From Chrysomallon squamiferum (Eukaryota; Animalia; Mollusca): a stretch of DNA of 64,000 bases. Shown here piece by piece: positions 51,305 through 64,000 of the stretch. Below the pieces are notes generated by a model, which worked only from the letters and a program-made list of their open reading frames with translations, was not told where the DNA came from and made no database searches. The position numbers and the translations under genes are program-made. Position 1 is the first letter of the stretch, and each line of letters opens with the position of its first letter. The stretch is from assembly GCA_012295275.1 (NCBI GenBank), contig CM022665.1, positions 18,104,001 to 18,168,000 on the forward strand, given 5' to 3'.

Positions 51305-54300
51305 GTTTTTGTTTTCTTTCTTCAGATTTCTGGGATACTGCAGGACAGGAGAGATTCAGTAACATGCATCCTTCATATTATCACCAAGCACATGCATGTA
51401 TTATGGTATGTTATAGGATTAGTTATCATATATTTTTACTAATAATTCAATATCACATATACATAAATGTTTATGAAAAATGGTGCTCTCCATCATTCTT
51501 TTCTGACTTACTATGTCCTGATTTTGAACAAAATGTGGTACAGGTTGACCATCACTAATACAGTTTCATCAGTAATCCTGCACAGTTTGGCTAATGTTGC
51601 TTCAGATTTCCTAGGTTACTGCTCAGATGTGTTGATCTTGCAGCTTGAAAGTTATTGGCAAACCACTAATCCAGACTATTGCAGGTTGTAATGATTCTGG
51701 ATTAGTGATAATCGACCTGCATTTAATTCTCATTTTGTACACATTAGACTTGAAGTTCCAACATTTGCAGATTTCTTATTTAGACATAGTTTTCTCCTTT
51801 AATATCATGACAATAAGATCTGAAACAAAATAACATTTCTCTGGAGATACACTGTATATTACTATTAGTAAATGTTTAATCACGTACCAATGGTTTATAT
51901 TTTTTCAGATTTAAAATATTTGTTAAACTTTTAGGTATTTGATGTGACAAGAAAGATAACGTACAAACATTTACCAGATTGGTTGAAAGAACTGCGGGAA
52001 TACAGACAAGAAATTCCTTGTTTGTGTGCAGCTAATAAAATAGATGGTATGTTTTATTTTTTAAACTGCTTAAGTGTTTTGATACATCAGAATGAATACT
52101 GTGGACTCGGTATTTATAAAAGTATAAAAGCATCTACAATAGTGAAAAAAAACACCAACTGAACAAGGTCATAGAATACAGATAAGAAATTCCTTGTTTG
52201 TGTGCAGTAAATAAAATTAAGTTTATTTCTCAAACTGCTTAAATTTTTTTGATTCATCAAAGTAAATACTCTAGACTTAGTATTTATAAAAGTATATATA
52301 ATTTAAAAGTTTAAAAAAAAAGAAAAAAAAAAGCAATATTCAGAATATAGACCATAAATTCCTTGTTTGTGTTAAATTTTAGTTTTTTCAGACTGGTTAA
52401 GTTTTTTCATTCCTTCAAGTAAATACTGTGAGCTCAAGATTTATAGAAATATATAAAATATAAAAAATAATACATAGGCAAGATTATAGAATACAGACTA
52501 GAAATTCCTGTTTTCTTTTATTTCTTAAACTGATTAAGTCTTTTGAGTTATCAAAGTAAATGCTCTGTTGTCAATGTTTGTAGAAGTATGTATAATATAA
52601 AAACAGCAAGTGAGCAAGATTATATAACATAGACAAAAATTCTGTGTCTTTTTTTATTTCTTAAACTAGTTAAATCTCTTGATTTATCAGATTAAATAAT
52701 GTGGGCTCACATTTTATAGAATTATGTATAATGTAAAATAAAAAAACAAAATGAGCAAGGTTACATAATACAGACCAGAAAATCCTTTTTTTTTCTTTAT
52801 CAAACTAGTTAATTCTTTTGATTTATCAAAGCAGATGCTGTGTTGTCAGTGTATATATAGAAGTATGAATAATATTTTTTTTTAAATGACTCAGACTATA
52901 GATCATTTGGAATATAACAGGGATAAGTAATAAGTTTTTAAGGATAAAAGTATTTTGATTTTCTGTCACAGCTGTGTAGATGAATGCTATATCTGGAATT
53001 CATGTTAGATACCATATTTCACATGTATCCAGCCAAATATGAGTATTAAAAATATAGAGTTTAATCTACAGGAAATTCATTATATCTGGAAATCAATGAA
53101 GATATTTCTGACGTTATAAAAACTGAATACAATTTTTTATTATTTTTTTTTTTTATAGTTGATTATGGAGTCACAAAGAAAAGTTTCAACTTTGCTAAGA
53201 AACATAACATGCCCTTTTACTTTGTGTCTGCATCTGATGGAACAAATGTAGTAAAGGTAAACACAGATTTTTTTTTGTACAATACACAGCTAATAAAATA
53301 GAGAGTAATTTTATTTTATAAACTGCTTAAGAGTTTTGATTCATCAGAATAACTACTGTGGGCTCAGTCCTTATGAAAGCATCTACAATATTGAAAAAAC
53401 AACAAGTGAGCAAGATTATAGAATACAGATGAGAAATTCCTTGTTTGTGTGCAGCAAATAAAATTAACTTATTATAATGGGACTAAAGATTAAACTAATT
53501 ATTTATTATCATTATTAAAAAAAAAAATTAAATACTACTAATTCACTCTTTGTTATAATGATATATCCATTTATCAAAAAGATTAAAAATAATTTTTTTA
53601 AACTATTCAGGTACCAGTTATTTTATTAATAATACCTCCAGTACATTTTTATCTTAACATTTTCTAAATATCAAAACTATAGTTGTTATTTTCTTTTCTC
53701 TCTTTCTTTCTTTCTTTCTTTATATTTTTTATTTACCATTTTATTTTATATCTGACATGATGAATATCAACTAACTTAATGCTTTATTATTATTATTATT
53801 ATTATTTAGCTGTTTAAAGATTCCATTCGAGCAGCTGTTGCTTACAAGAACAATTCCACAGACTTCATGGATGTTCTGTTTAAAGAACTTGAGGTGAATG
53901 TTTATAGTTTTGGGGATTTTTTTTTAATCGTACAAAATAAATATAAACCTAGTTTAAAAAACTATTATTTTTAATACCAATTCATATCCTTACATAAAAT
54001 GTTAGCTTTAATTACAATAAAATAATATTTAATATATTTTTATTTTTTAAATATTTTTTCCAGTTGCTCATTTTTCATTAGCAAAGGTTTCATCATCTAA
54101 CAGATTGAGCAGATAGAACCATCTGAAATATTTTTAGTAATGATTAACAACATGGTTAAAAAAATTAATTGTGTCTCATCAAATAATTATATTGCAATTT
54201 CTGAAGCTGATGACTCACCTATTAGCTGGTATTTGCTTTTTTATTTTTTTATATATTATTTTTTAACTATTCTTCATTTTTAATGCATTGTAACATTGAA

Positions 54301-54501
54301 AATTAATTTTATTTTATTCTAAAATAGAACCATCTGAAATATTTTTAGTAATGATTAACAATATGGCTAAAAAATTAATTTAATAGTTTATTACTGTTGT
54401 TGCAGAATTTTGAACTGGAGACAGATAAAGACAAAGAAGGAACAGACAGTGGAACAAACTCACCGACAGATGAGAAACCTGAAACAAAGCAGACATCTTG
54501 A
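48240..54501 (+). CDS. RABL2: Rab-like protein 2 (ciliary/IFT-B-associated small GTPase), 226 aa
   Basis: KIICLGDSAVGKSKLVERFLMDG.KPQQLSTYALTL, DFWDTAGQERF..MHPSYY..AHACIMVFDVTRK.TY, NKID, FYFVSASDGTNVVKLF, and no C-terminal Cys. Exons 48240-48340, 50222-50251, 50628-50707, 51326-51405, 51935-52046, 53159-53256, 53810-53893, 54406-54501 total 681 nt. Confidence 0.96.
49689..50001. mobile_element. Tigger/pogo-type MITE in RABL2 intron 1
   Basis: TIRs CAGGTATGGACCAATTATCTG ... CGGATAATTGGTCCAGTACCTG, inserted in a TA run. Confidence 0.8.
50252..50627 (+). other. U12-type intron with apparent GT-AT termini in RABL2
   Basis: Perfect 5' site GTATCCTTT. Branch TCCTTGAC at 50611-50618. The junction restoring MDG-Y-KPQQLSTY without extra residues ends the intron at ...TTTTCCAT (50627). 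Confidence 0.8.
52165..52870 (+). repeat. Degenerate ~140-170 bp tandem repeats derived from the RABL2 exon 5 3' end and adjacent intron; another copy at ~53290-53470
   Basis: GAATACAGA.AAGAAATTCCTTGTTTGTGTGCAG recurs with decreasing identity. Confidence 0.8.
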
Positions 54502-57500
54502 GGCTAACTTTATCTAGGTGTTTGTCATAATCTATTTAACACTGACATAACGCAATCAGGGACACACTGTTTTGTGTAACATTTGTGATATCATCAGTCA
54601 TGGTCACATATTTAATTTATTTATATCTGTATAATAAACTGTGTATTGTTATACCAACACATTCCATACAAACACCAGCAGCTCATACCTCACGTCTGTG
54701 TCCCAAAGTTAAAAAAAACTGACCATTCCATTGTGTTGCTTTTGCTTCTGTATAAATATTTAGTACACTGGCTCTAGAAATTGCATTTCATTTTATTCTC
54801 TTGATTCTGTAAGTTCGTAGATGTCATTGTGATTGTGTCTTGCAAGGTAAGCTTTTGATATCAAATTTTTATTATAAAAAAAGAAGCTGAAATTAAAGAA
54901 TTGCCCAGCACAAGATTGAATTGTCTGGCTTTAAAAGAGATGTATTGAGGTTGTTGATTTTTGGTGGGTATTTTTGCACATATTTTGTGTGGTTTTCTCA
55001 TGCAGACTGTTTTTAATAAAGCATTATCTGTTGTGGGCTTTAGAATACAAGTTATTTTAGGTTTTTGTCATAACAGGTATGTTTAAAGATGTCACCTACC
55101 ATAAATAGATCTTCAGTAATTGTTAGTGCACATGATGGATGATGTCCTTAAGATGTTTTCTGGTGACAGAATATCAAATGAAATTTTAACAGACAGTTAA
55201 TGAGATTGTTAGACCCCAAAAAAGAGAAGAGGGTAAATTATAGTATTTCAGAAATTGAAATTAATTAATGGTTGTTTGCAGACTTTGGTTTATTTATTTA
55301 TTTTCTTTTTTTTAAGTTAAAAGTATTGATCTGTTTTGTGAAATGTTCAAAATAGGTCACTCAAACCCAAACATAATAAAAAATCTAATCTTGTTAATTA
55401 AAACCAAATAGTACTTAATATGATTATGTGAACATCAAAATATTATTGCATGTAATTATTATTGACGCTCTCTCTCTCTTTTTTTTTTAAATGCTTGTTT
55501 ACAAATGCCAAAAGCTTCCAGCATCTTCAAATACACTTTTTTCTGCCATAGTATGATAGGTTATTTCTTACACTTTCAAGATTTTTTTTAATGCATAATG
55601 TTTTTATAATGTAGTTATCTTTATTAGTAGCATAAAACTGACCAATGAGGAATTTGGTTACATTTTAATCCGTCCAGTCACTTGTATTTTTTGTAAGTGC
55701 TTTTTGTTTGTTCTGTAAATAGGTTATTATTTGAGTTGTGTTTTTATCTAGAGTACATTCCATGTCATGTAGTAATATTTTTATGATGTTTATTTTGTGG
55801 GTGGAAACTGTTAACACCTGGTAGTAAAAAAAACCAAATAAATAAATTCCATTTGCGAAATGACAATCCCCCCAAATTGTATATATAATCTTCACTGTAG
55901 TGATGATTATATATACAATTTGGGGGGGATTGTCAATTTTTATGTGTTGTGTGTATATGTATGGCAGCAGTGATAGTTTTTAATGTTTATATGTTTAAAA
56001 AGAATGCATTATGAACTGCATACATCCAACTCTTTACAATACAACTTTGCCACTTTCACAAGTATTTGTTTTGACTTTTTCATTACATATATCCATGTAT
56101 TTAGCAAAATTGTGTGATAAATTCTATACTCACCTCCAAAACATACACACACCTACACACATGATTAATGGAGTCTGAAAAACTAAACTACAAACTTGAA
56201 AAAAAAATTACTTTACTTTATAAAGCATGTTATGATGATGCTCAGCTTCTTTTATAGAACAAGATCATAATTATATAAAAATAAAAAATAAATTGTTTAA
56301 ATTTATAAACCACATCTGAATATTTCACTGACTAGTCAATTGTTTGATGACTTATTTTGGTAAAAGATTGTGTTTTTATGTTTCTTGTAAATGTAACTGC
56401 ATCAGTTATCCTCGTACTTTTATTATAGATTAAAAATATTTAATACCTATTATCTTAACATTACTTTTTAATTATTTACATATTAATTTTTTATTTTTTA
56501 TTATTTATTCATTATTATTATTATAAATAATTTCATTACATATAGAGTAAATGCTGTCAATGTTTTGTTTTAAAAACAAACTTCCACAGGCACTGTTGTT
56601 TAAATGCTATTTTCTTTTTTCATTTAATTTTCATTAAACTTTGTAAAGATTAAAAGAATTAAATATTTTATATTTTCCTGAAATATGTACTATTAGAAAT
56701 TCCATGAAGAAGAAAAATATATAATTCAGAATTTTTTTATTTTTTTTTTTTCATAACACATGAATTAAAATTGAATTATTCCCCTTATATTATCCAAAGA
56801 AATTTAAAAACATATATTCCTATTTTAAAAGCTTTTTAATCTTTCTTTTGAATTTTAGTCCTATTAAACAATAAATTTGCAATACACACACACACACACA
56901 CACACACATTTTTTTTTATCTATAAAGATAAATGAAGAAAAAGCACCTGTGTTACTGTAAAAACTTAATCTGAATGGAAATTGACACATTTTAAATAATT
57001 ATTTTTTCTTAAATATCTTATATTTTGGTTATTTATTTATTTATTTTTAATAAATAATTTGGATTTTGTAATTTCAAAAAAGAAGAAAATAAAAAAGGAT
57101 CAGATTTACTTAGTTACCACTCCATACATTTTTTTTTTTTTTTTTTGTCTTCTTTTATTTATTATTTTTTCCTTCTCGTTATTTTCTTATTTACATACAA
57201 CAAAATCAACTAATAATTGTTATTGGAAAATGTCAAAAAAATAAAGGCAGTCCAGTGTAATTTAAAAGGAATCATGGAATATAATTTGCATAAATGTTAA
57301 CTAAATTTTTATTAACATTATGAAGTGACATTTAGGTCATTTCATTATAAGAGATGTACCATAGTATCATAGTACAATAGTACCATACAACTTTATTTAT
57401 TTTTACACATTCTTGTATGGATCTGAAATAAAACATAAAATCAAACAGGTTGTTTTTCATTTGTATTGGTATCGGTGTCATTGTGGTTCTTTTTTTTTTT

Positions 57501-58020
57501 TTCTTTTTTTGTTCCTGTTCTTCTGATGATGATGATGTTGATGATATTATTATTATTATTATCATTATTATTATTAAATAAAGTCAAGAGGACAGCACTA
57601 GTGAAATTAACTGGGAAATAATGGTATACAGGTTTGATCCTCTTTGATGTACTGATTGGGTTCAGTTGTACTTAGACACATATAACAAATGAAGTGGTAT
57701 GTATGGTTCTGTCTTTTGGGAAATGCCAAAGAATGATAGTTTGTAGCTAACTGCTAATTAGACTATATAATACAATTTTTGGGGTGTGTTTGTATATTAG
57801 CACCACAGTGTTTTATATATTGTGATAAGTATCAGAGTCTACTGATATAACATGCAAATATCTGCTAATTGTTAAATGTGAAGAAAAAAACTCAATTTAT
57901 TGGAAGGTTTTATTTTATTTTATTTTATTTTATTTTATTTTATTTTTGTTATTAGTTACTATTTTAAAATTATTTTTGGAGGCAGTTGTCTTTATGTTTC
58001 TACAAAAAAAAAAAAAAAAT

Positions 58021-58235
58021 TGCTAGATGGCGCAACAAACAACACAACATCTGCCCAGCATCCCACATCTCACTCGTTTGCTTCACGTAGTTACCTCACC
58101 GTGGAAGCATCTGTGGGTGTTGTGCTTGCATTTTGTTCAGTATTTTGCCAATTTTCCATGGATCCTAAGAAAGTGAGTGCAAAGGACAGTGCAAAGGACA
58201 GTGCAAAGGACAGTGCAAAGCGAGTGCAAAGCTGA
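58021..58235 (+). mobile_element. Fragment of the same Tigger family as 34551-35300
   Basis: TGCTAGATGGCGCAACAAACAACACAACATCTGCCCAGC...ATGGATCCTAAGAAAGTGAGTGCAAAGGACAG closely matches 34642-34843. The 12-bp SAKD unit is tandemly repeated. Confidence 0.85.
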
Positions 58236-59940
58236 AAGAAAACACAAAGCAATTATTGTTTGTGGATGACTGAATTAGTTTGTTATATATGATTATTTAA
58301 GATGTGTAAGTTAAAGAGTTAGATGATTAATTAAAATATATTACAGGATTATTGAAAGAATACTAACAATGACTTTATTCTCAATAACTGCAGGATTACA
58401 GAACAGCTATATAATAACAAAATTAAAATGCAGGTGCGTGGAAGTTTCATGTGGAGGACACACTCACATATAGTTCTTATTAACAAACAAATCTTTTTAA
58501 ATATAAACAGATTAGTTAAAGAGTTAGTTAAAATGTATTACAAGATTAGTGAAAGGATGTTAACGGATTAGTTAGATTGTTATCTGATTAGTTAAAATGG
58601 ATTAATTAGAATGATACGTAGGATTAGTGAAAAACAGGGTTAATAAAAAGTGTTAAAAGATTATTTAATTTATGTTAAGCAATTAGCTAAAGAATATTAA
58701 AGGATTAGTTAAAAGAATGAATTGATTAATAAAAAATTAGTAAAAAAGCAAGAAAAAAAACAGTATTAAAAGATTAGTTAGGGACTAAAGAGAATGGTTT
58801 AAGTATATAAGGATTAGTAAAAGAGAAGAGCGTGTAGTTGTTGAACCTGGATCATCTACCATTGCCAGTACATCAGATTAGTTGCAGAGAAGATTAGTCT
58901 GCGAGTTCCTGTTCTGATATCTGATCCCGTTACTCATTAGTCTAAAGCCACTGAGAGTGGTTATGTGATACAATATTAATATTAATAACAGTGTATTTAT
59001 ATGTTTTATTGGATAACAGACAGCACATACCTCAGAGTTTTTACTGGATTATTAATCTAACATCTCCAGTGCTCTCTTCATGTCACTCACCTTGATGTCA
59101 GATTTACCTGTAACAAAACAAACCAGAATAATAGAAGTCTTCAAAGTAATGATTAGCAATTTGTATAGATGTTTGGAGACCAGCTTAATTGTTTATGTGT
59201 TGTAAAAGACAAGAGCTAATACGTACATATTATTACACATCAGTGATGGTCCAACATTTTGAGAAGTGGGGATATAAATCATGTAAAAATAATGTGTTGG
59301 CAGGCCATTAATTTCCTAAAATATATTTTAGATTAATTATATAAAGGGTTGGATCTAGAAATTAGAGGATGTAAGATTTATGACCAACATAAAATTGTTA
59401 TTTATCTTTGTGAAATGTAATAATTCAAATAATAATAAATAATCCCAACATATCCATCTTCTATTCCTTGTAACTGTTTTTTTTTTTCTTTCTTTTTTTC
59501 TGGTCATTGTATTCACAAAAGGCTGCGAAGAAGTAAAAGAAGATGAAATAAATAAAAATTATATAAAAAGTTCTCTGTTTTTTATCTGTATATATTTGCC
59601 ATCTCCTCTTCCAGTAACTTAGGTCTGATTCGAGTTTTGTATGGTAATTCTAAATGTAATTAACTTTTATATTTTCAGTTATTTAATAAGCATTATTTAT
59701 TTTCAAGATATGACCAATATTAGATGTGGTGGCTAGGATTCCTTAATTTATTACTTAAGATAATTAAGAAAAATAAAATAAAACGAAATAAAAAGATAGC
59801 TTTTGAAGTGGTTTAATGTAATCATAAATTATAAAATCCAATTCATATTTATTAATTAATTTATTTATTCAGTTAGTTTTGTTGTTGTAATAGTTATTGT
59901 TACTGTTGTTGTAATAATACTAATAATACTATTAATAATA

Positions 59941-59979
<39 letters not shown>

Positions 59980-59985
59980 TTTTTA

Positions 59986-62476
59986 AACCTGACCATAAAA
60001 TTGGTATTGTTAAAAAGGCAATATGACAAGGTCATATTGTTCAGTTTGAAGAATGTTGGGGTACACTGACCTTTGTTATGACTTTGAAATTGACCTCGTG
60101 GATCACATGACCTTGAGATGACCTTTCTTGAAATTTAATCTCCCACATGTTAACTAAAACATATAAAAGCTTCAGAGGTGTTATCTTTTTTGTTTTGCTA
60201 CAATATAGATTTTAAAAATGCATACCTGCACAGATGATTGATACAATGCATTACAATGTACATTTTCTACATGTATACACTTCTCTGAGACCAAAAACTC
60301 ATCTTTGGAATCAAAACCCACCTGACACATCCGAAGGAATGCCTGTGGGATATGAAAAGATTCCAAAGATGTTCTACACAATCAGGCCCAAAGGGTGAAC
60401 AGTAAGTTGTGGCTTCAGGCATGTCAGGAACGCCTTTAAATCCCCTGGTGAAATCCCCACTGAGCACATGGCAATTATAAGTTTCTACTACTAATTCTTC
60501 TGCTATTCTGTCTATTCCCATTACCTTTTGTTCCTAACTATTTCTACTAATACTACATCATTTGGTACTAGTATTTACTATTATAACTCCCACTAGGCTC
60601 CTGTTATTACCTATCCCTCCACTGGTATTACTTATACCAGTACTTCTACAATTACTACTGTTACTAATGGTGCCATTACTAGTTTTATTATTAAAATGAC
60701 TACTACTGTCTCTATCATCGCCACTACTGCTACTTTTATTATCAAAAATACTGTTACTACTTCTACTACTATCATCACCATTACATCAACAAATACTACA
60801 ATAGCTATTGCTTTTTTTGCTACTTCTACTGACACTACTTCTTCTACTAGTAGCACTTTTAATTAATCAATTAATCCTACCACTTCTTCTAGTAATTATA
60901 CTAACACTCCCTCTACATTACTGTTATATCTTCTACGGGTATTACAACATTGAAATATTGTACATTTACTAGTAACTATGAGCACTATATTTAAAAGTAA
61001 TACAGTAATTATGCCTGAGATAAAACTAGTCTGAAGATCAATTCAGTTCACTGTGTTATTTCATGACACTGCTGGCTGTGCTGGACCATATAAAAATAAG
61101 AACAAATTTGTTAACCTGTGCCATCACTAAGAGCACTTTGGGTTGGAAGGTGAATGGAACTTTTTTGCAACAAGCCATGGCAAAAGTGCCTGTGATGGAA
61201 TTGGGGGGGATGGTGAAGAGGTTGCTGACAAAGGCCAGTTTGCAACATCCCTACACAGACTCAATCCTGACCAGTGAGGCTATCATGGACTTCTGCATCA
61301 AGAGTATTCCAGGTATTCACTTTTTCAACATCACACCAGAAAACATAGCAAAGCATGAGTTGGAACTACAAGGGAGGTTTCAAGTGGCCAAAATGGTCAA
61401 GGGAACACAGCAATTTCACCAGTTAGTTCCAGTATCTAAGTCAAAGATGCGTGCCTACAAGTTGAGCCTGCAGAGTGACCCACCAGAACTAGTATCTGTC
61501 CAGGATTCTGAGGATGGTATGACACAGCTACCAGTGGAGCCAAGAAGCAAAACTGTGTTTGTTGTTTGTATGACAGTGAGGCATAGTTTGGTGTAGACTG
61601 TAGTTGAGGACATTTCAGAAGAGCATGGAGACTTCTTCATTCATTTCATGTACCATCACGGACCTTCTAAGTTAGTTCACTGGCCAAATGAAGAACACAC
61701 TTGTTGGACTAGTGAAGGGGACATCTTCTATGTCACTGATACCCCTTCTATTGCATCTTCTCAACGTATGTACTATCTAAATAAAAGGGATGATGCTAGA
61801 ATTGCAAGACTATGAGGGAAGTGGGTTACTGAATGATTCTGTGACTGCTGAACTGGTGAGAAGGCAGTGAGGGAAGTAGTTTGATATCATATGATCATAG
61901 CATGTAGTCCTATGATGTATTACTCAGTGATCAAGAGGGATGGTGATTCCTAGCATCAGGAATTGGTCATTCAGGTTTTATAGCTAATCAGATGTTAATG
62001 GCAGAAAAGGTGTTATTTTCATGGACATGCAATTTTTGAATGTGTATTGCTACTAAACAAAAAATATTACACTTCTGAAACTTTTATATGTTTTAGTTAA
62101 CATGTGGGACATTAAATTTCAAGAAAGGTCATCTCAAGGTCATGTGATCCATGAGGTCAATTTCAAGATTATAACAAAGGTTAAAAGGTCAGGGTACCCC
62201 AACCTTCTTCAAACTGAACAATAATGTCATATTGCCTTTAAGCAATACCAATTTTATGAAGACTGGCCCAGTACTTCCTGAGACATGAGGGTTCTAAGTT
62301 GGTGGTCAGGCCTATTTTTGCCAAAAATGTCAAAATTCAGGGGGCCATATCTCCCACGCTGCTGTTCTGATTGGCCTAAAATTTCGGATTGGTGCTGTGG
62401 GATCCCAATCAACAAGTATACCAAGTTTCATAACAGTTGGGTTTAACCCATTGGGTGATTTAACATGGAATGACTC
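59986..62476 (+). mobile_element. Degenerate Sola2-like DNA transposon with long inverted repeats
   Basis: Inverted repeat 59994-60195 vs 62055-62258. Right end ...ATGGAATGACTC (CYC terminus); left TIR truncated. Internal transposase remnant. Confidence 0.75.
61045..61815 (+). pseudogene. Sola2-type transposase remnant (stop and frameshifts)
   Basis: GCAGPYKNKNKFVNLCHH*EHFGLEGEWNFFATSHGKSACDGIGG(shift)MVKR...SLQ...GTQQFH, then GDFFIHFMYHHGP..VHWPNEEHTCW. Confidence 0.8.
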
Positions 62477-62909
62477 ATTATTATTATTTCAAATCGCTTT
62501 CATAATTTCTGCAGGATTTATATCAACTAGAATCCAAGTAAAAAGTTTTCTCAGCTCTATCTTCACAATTTTATATTTCAAACTGTTGATCCCATCTTGA
62601 TGAAGTCATCTAACAGTGAAAATCTAAATTTAGTTAAAACATAATAAAAGTTATATAAATATTGTTTTGTTTATAGCTGCTAATAAAAGTAATTTTATTG
62701 AAGAAAAAGAAAAATTATAAAATAACAATAACAATAATGATGATGATGATGGAGCGAAAAAACAAAAACAAGAAAACATCTATATTTATAAATTCATATA
62801 TTTATACAAAACTGAACATTACAGTTAAATAAAATTAATTAAGTATATTTAATTATTAAATAACAACTTAAAATATATTGAATATGATAGATAAAAATAA
62901 ATAATTAGA

Positions 62910-63470
62910 TAAAATAGTATCAAGAGTTAATTTAATTCTTGATGCTAAAACTAAGGCTATAATTTTGTAATCTACATTAAGTAGACTAATTGGTCACCAG
63001 TTTTTCAAATATTTTATTACCTTTTTTTTTTTTTTTTTTAAATAATGAACTAGCATCTCTTCATATTTCTTGATAATTCACGTTTGTCTTCAACATTTTT
63101 AACAACTTTAAAACACAAGGGTCCAATTTTCTTGCTGTAATGAAGATAATATTCTTAATTCTACAGTTAATCCGTCTAAACCAGGTGATTTATTGCTAGC
63201 TATTCCTTTTCATGCATCATATAATCTTTTAAGATTTATATCCTTATCATAGCTTTTTTTATCTTCTTCTGTAATATGATTTTGAATTAGATCTAATATA
63301 TATATAATATAGTATTAGTATCCTTTTCATTTTGATCAATTTCGCATTTTTTATATACAAATTAAAATAGTTCCATCATTCAAAATTAATTCTTTAATAG
63401 TAACTTTATTTTGTTTATACTTTTCTAAATTCACAAAATAACTTGTATTTTTATCAACATTGTGCTCAAT
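62910..63470 (-). mobile_element. L1/Tx1-clade non-LTR retrotransposon ORF2 (RT) remnant
   Basis: Minus-strand fragments DKNTSYFVNLEK..K..IKELILNDG, NKSPGLDGLTVE and LKNW*PISLLNVDYKIIALVLASRIK, with stops and frameshifts. Confidence 0.85.
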
Positions 63471-64000
63471 TTTCTTTTAAACAGGAATCCTAAACACTAG
63501 ACCACATCGTAATCTGTCCGCAAGTTCCTGTTATGGCGTTTTGAAAACGGAAGTGTGGAAATAATATGTATGTGTAAAGAGATAGAGTTATCGTTACTGA
63601 GTGCATCTCGCTGATAACAACGTTATACAGTTCACCAGTTTTAAACATAAAGTCCAAATAAGGCCACGTAAACAAATGTATTTGTTTGTTATTCCCGTCC
63701 TTGATTAATGTTCTCCATGAATTGTGAATAATTTTATTACATTTTTTTTTTTTAATTTAACGCCAATGATAGTTTTAGAAAAATTTTATGTATAATTTGT
63801 CTCTAAAAGAGTAAAATAAAATAAAATAAATAAATAAATAAATAAATAATAATAATAATATTAATAATAACAGTAATAAAAAAACATTTTTAAAAAACTG
63901 AGAGAGAAAAAAGAAAGAACGAAGAGACAAACTCGACGCATTTTTGTATTATTAAAACTTTTGTATTAATTATTATTATCATTATTATTGTTATTCTTAT

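Noticed and set aside
63490-63675. 61-aa minus-strand ORF in a CpG-retaining patch
   Set aside because: No recognisable motif or clear splice structure. It may be regulatory DNA of a gene outside the window.

Overview
AT-rich animal genomic DNA with many introns and microsatellites; the SINE-like remnant and mosaic CpG pattern suggest a mollusc, which is an inference. Three genes were assembled by hand from splice sites and reading-frame phase. (1) An unnamed type I membrane protein of about 575 aa on the + strand (2767-~16836): signal peptide, 2x TSP1, three 21-nt microexons each encoding one N-glycosylation sequon, 3x Ig-like, TM and a short tail. (2) NUP205 on the - strand (47897-19338, 41 exons, about 2015 aa) with two apparent +1 indels. 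(3) RABL2 on the + strand (48240-54501, 8 exons, 226 aa), head-to-head with NUP205 with 342 bp between start codons. Both divergent genes carry a U12-type intron, and the RABL2 one appears to have rare GT-AT ends. Many introns contain tandem copies of the neighbouring exon/splice junction. Tigger/pogo-type elements, a Sola2-like transposon remnant and an L1/Tx1-like RT remnant are also present.
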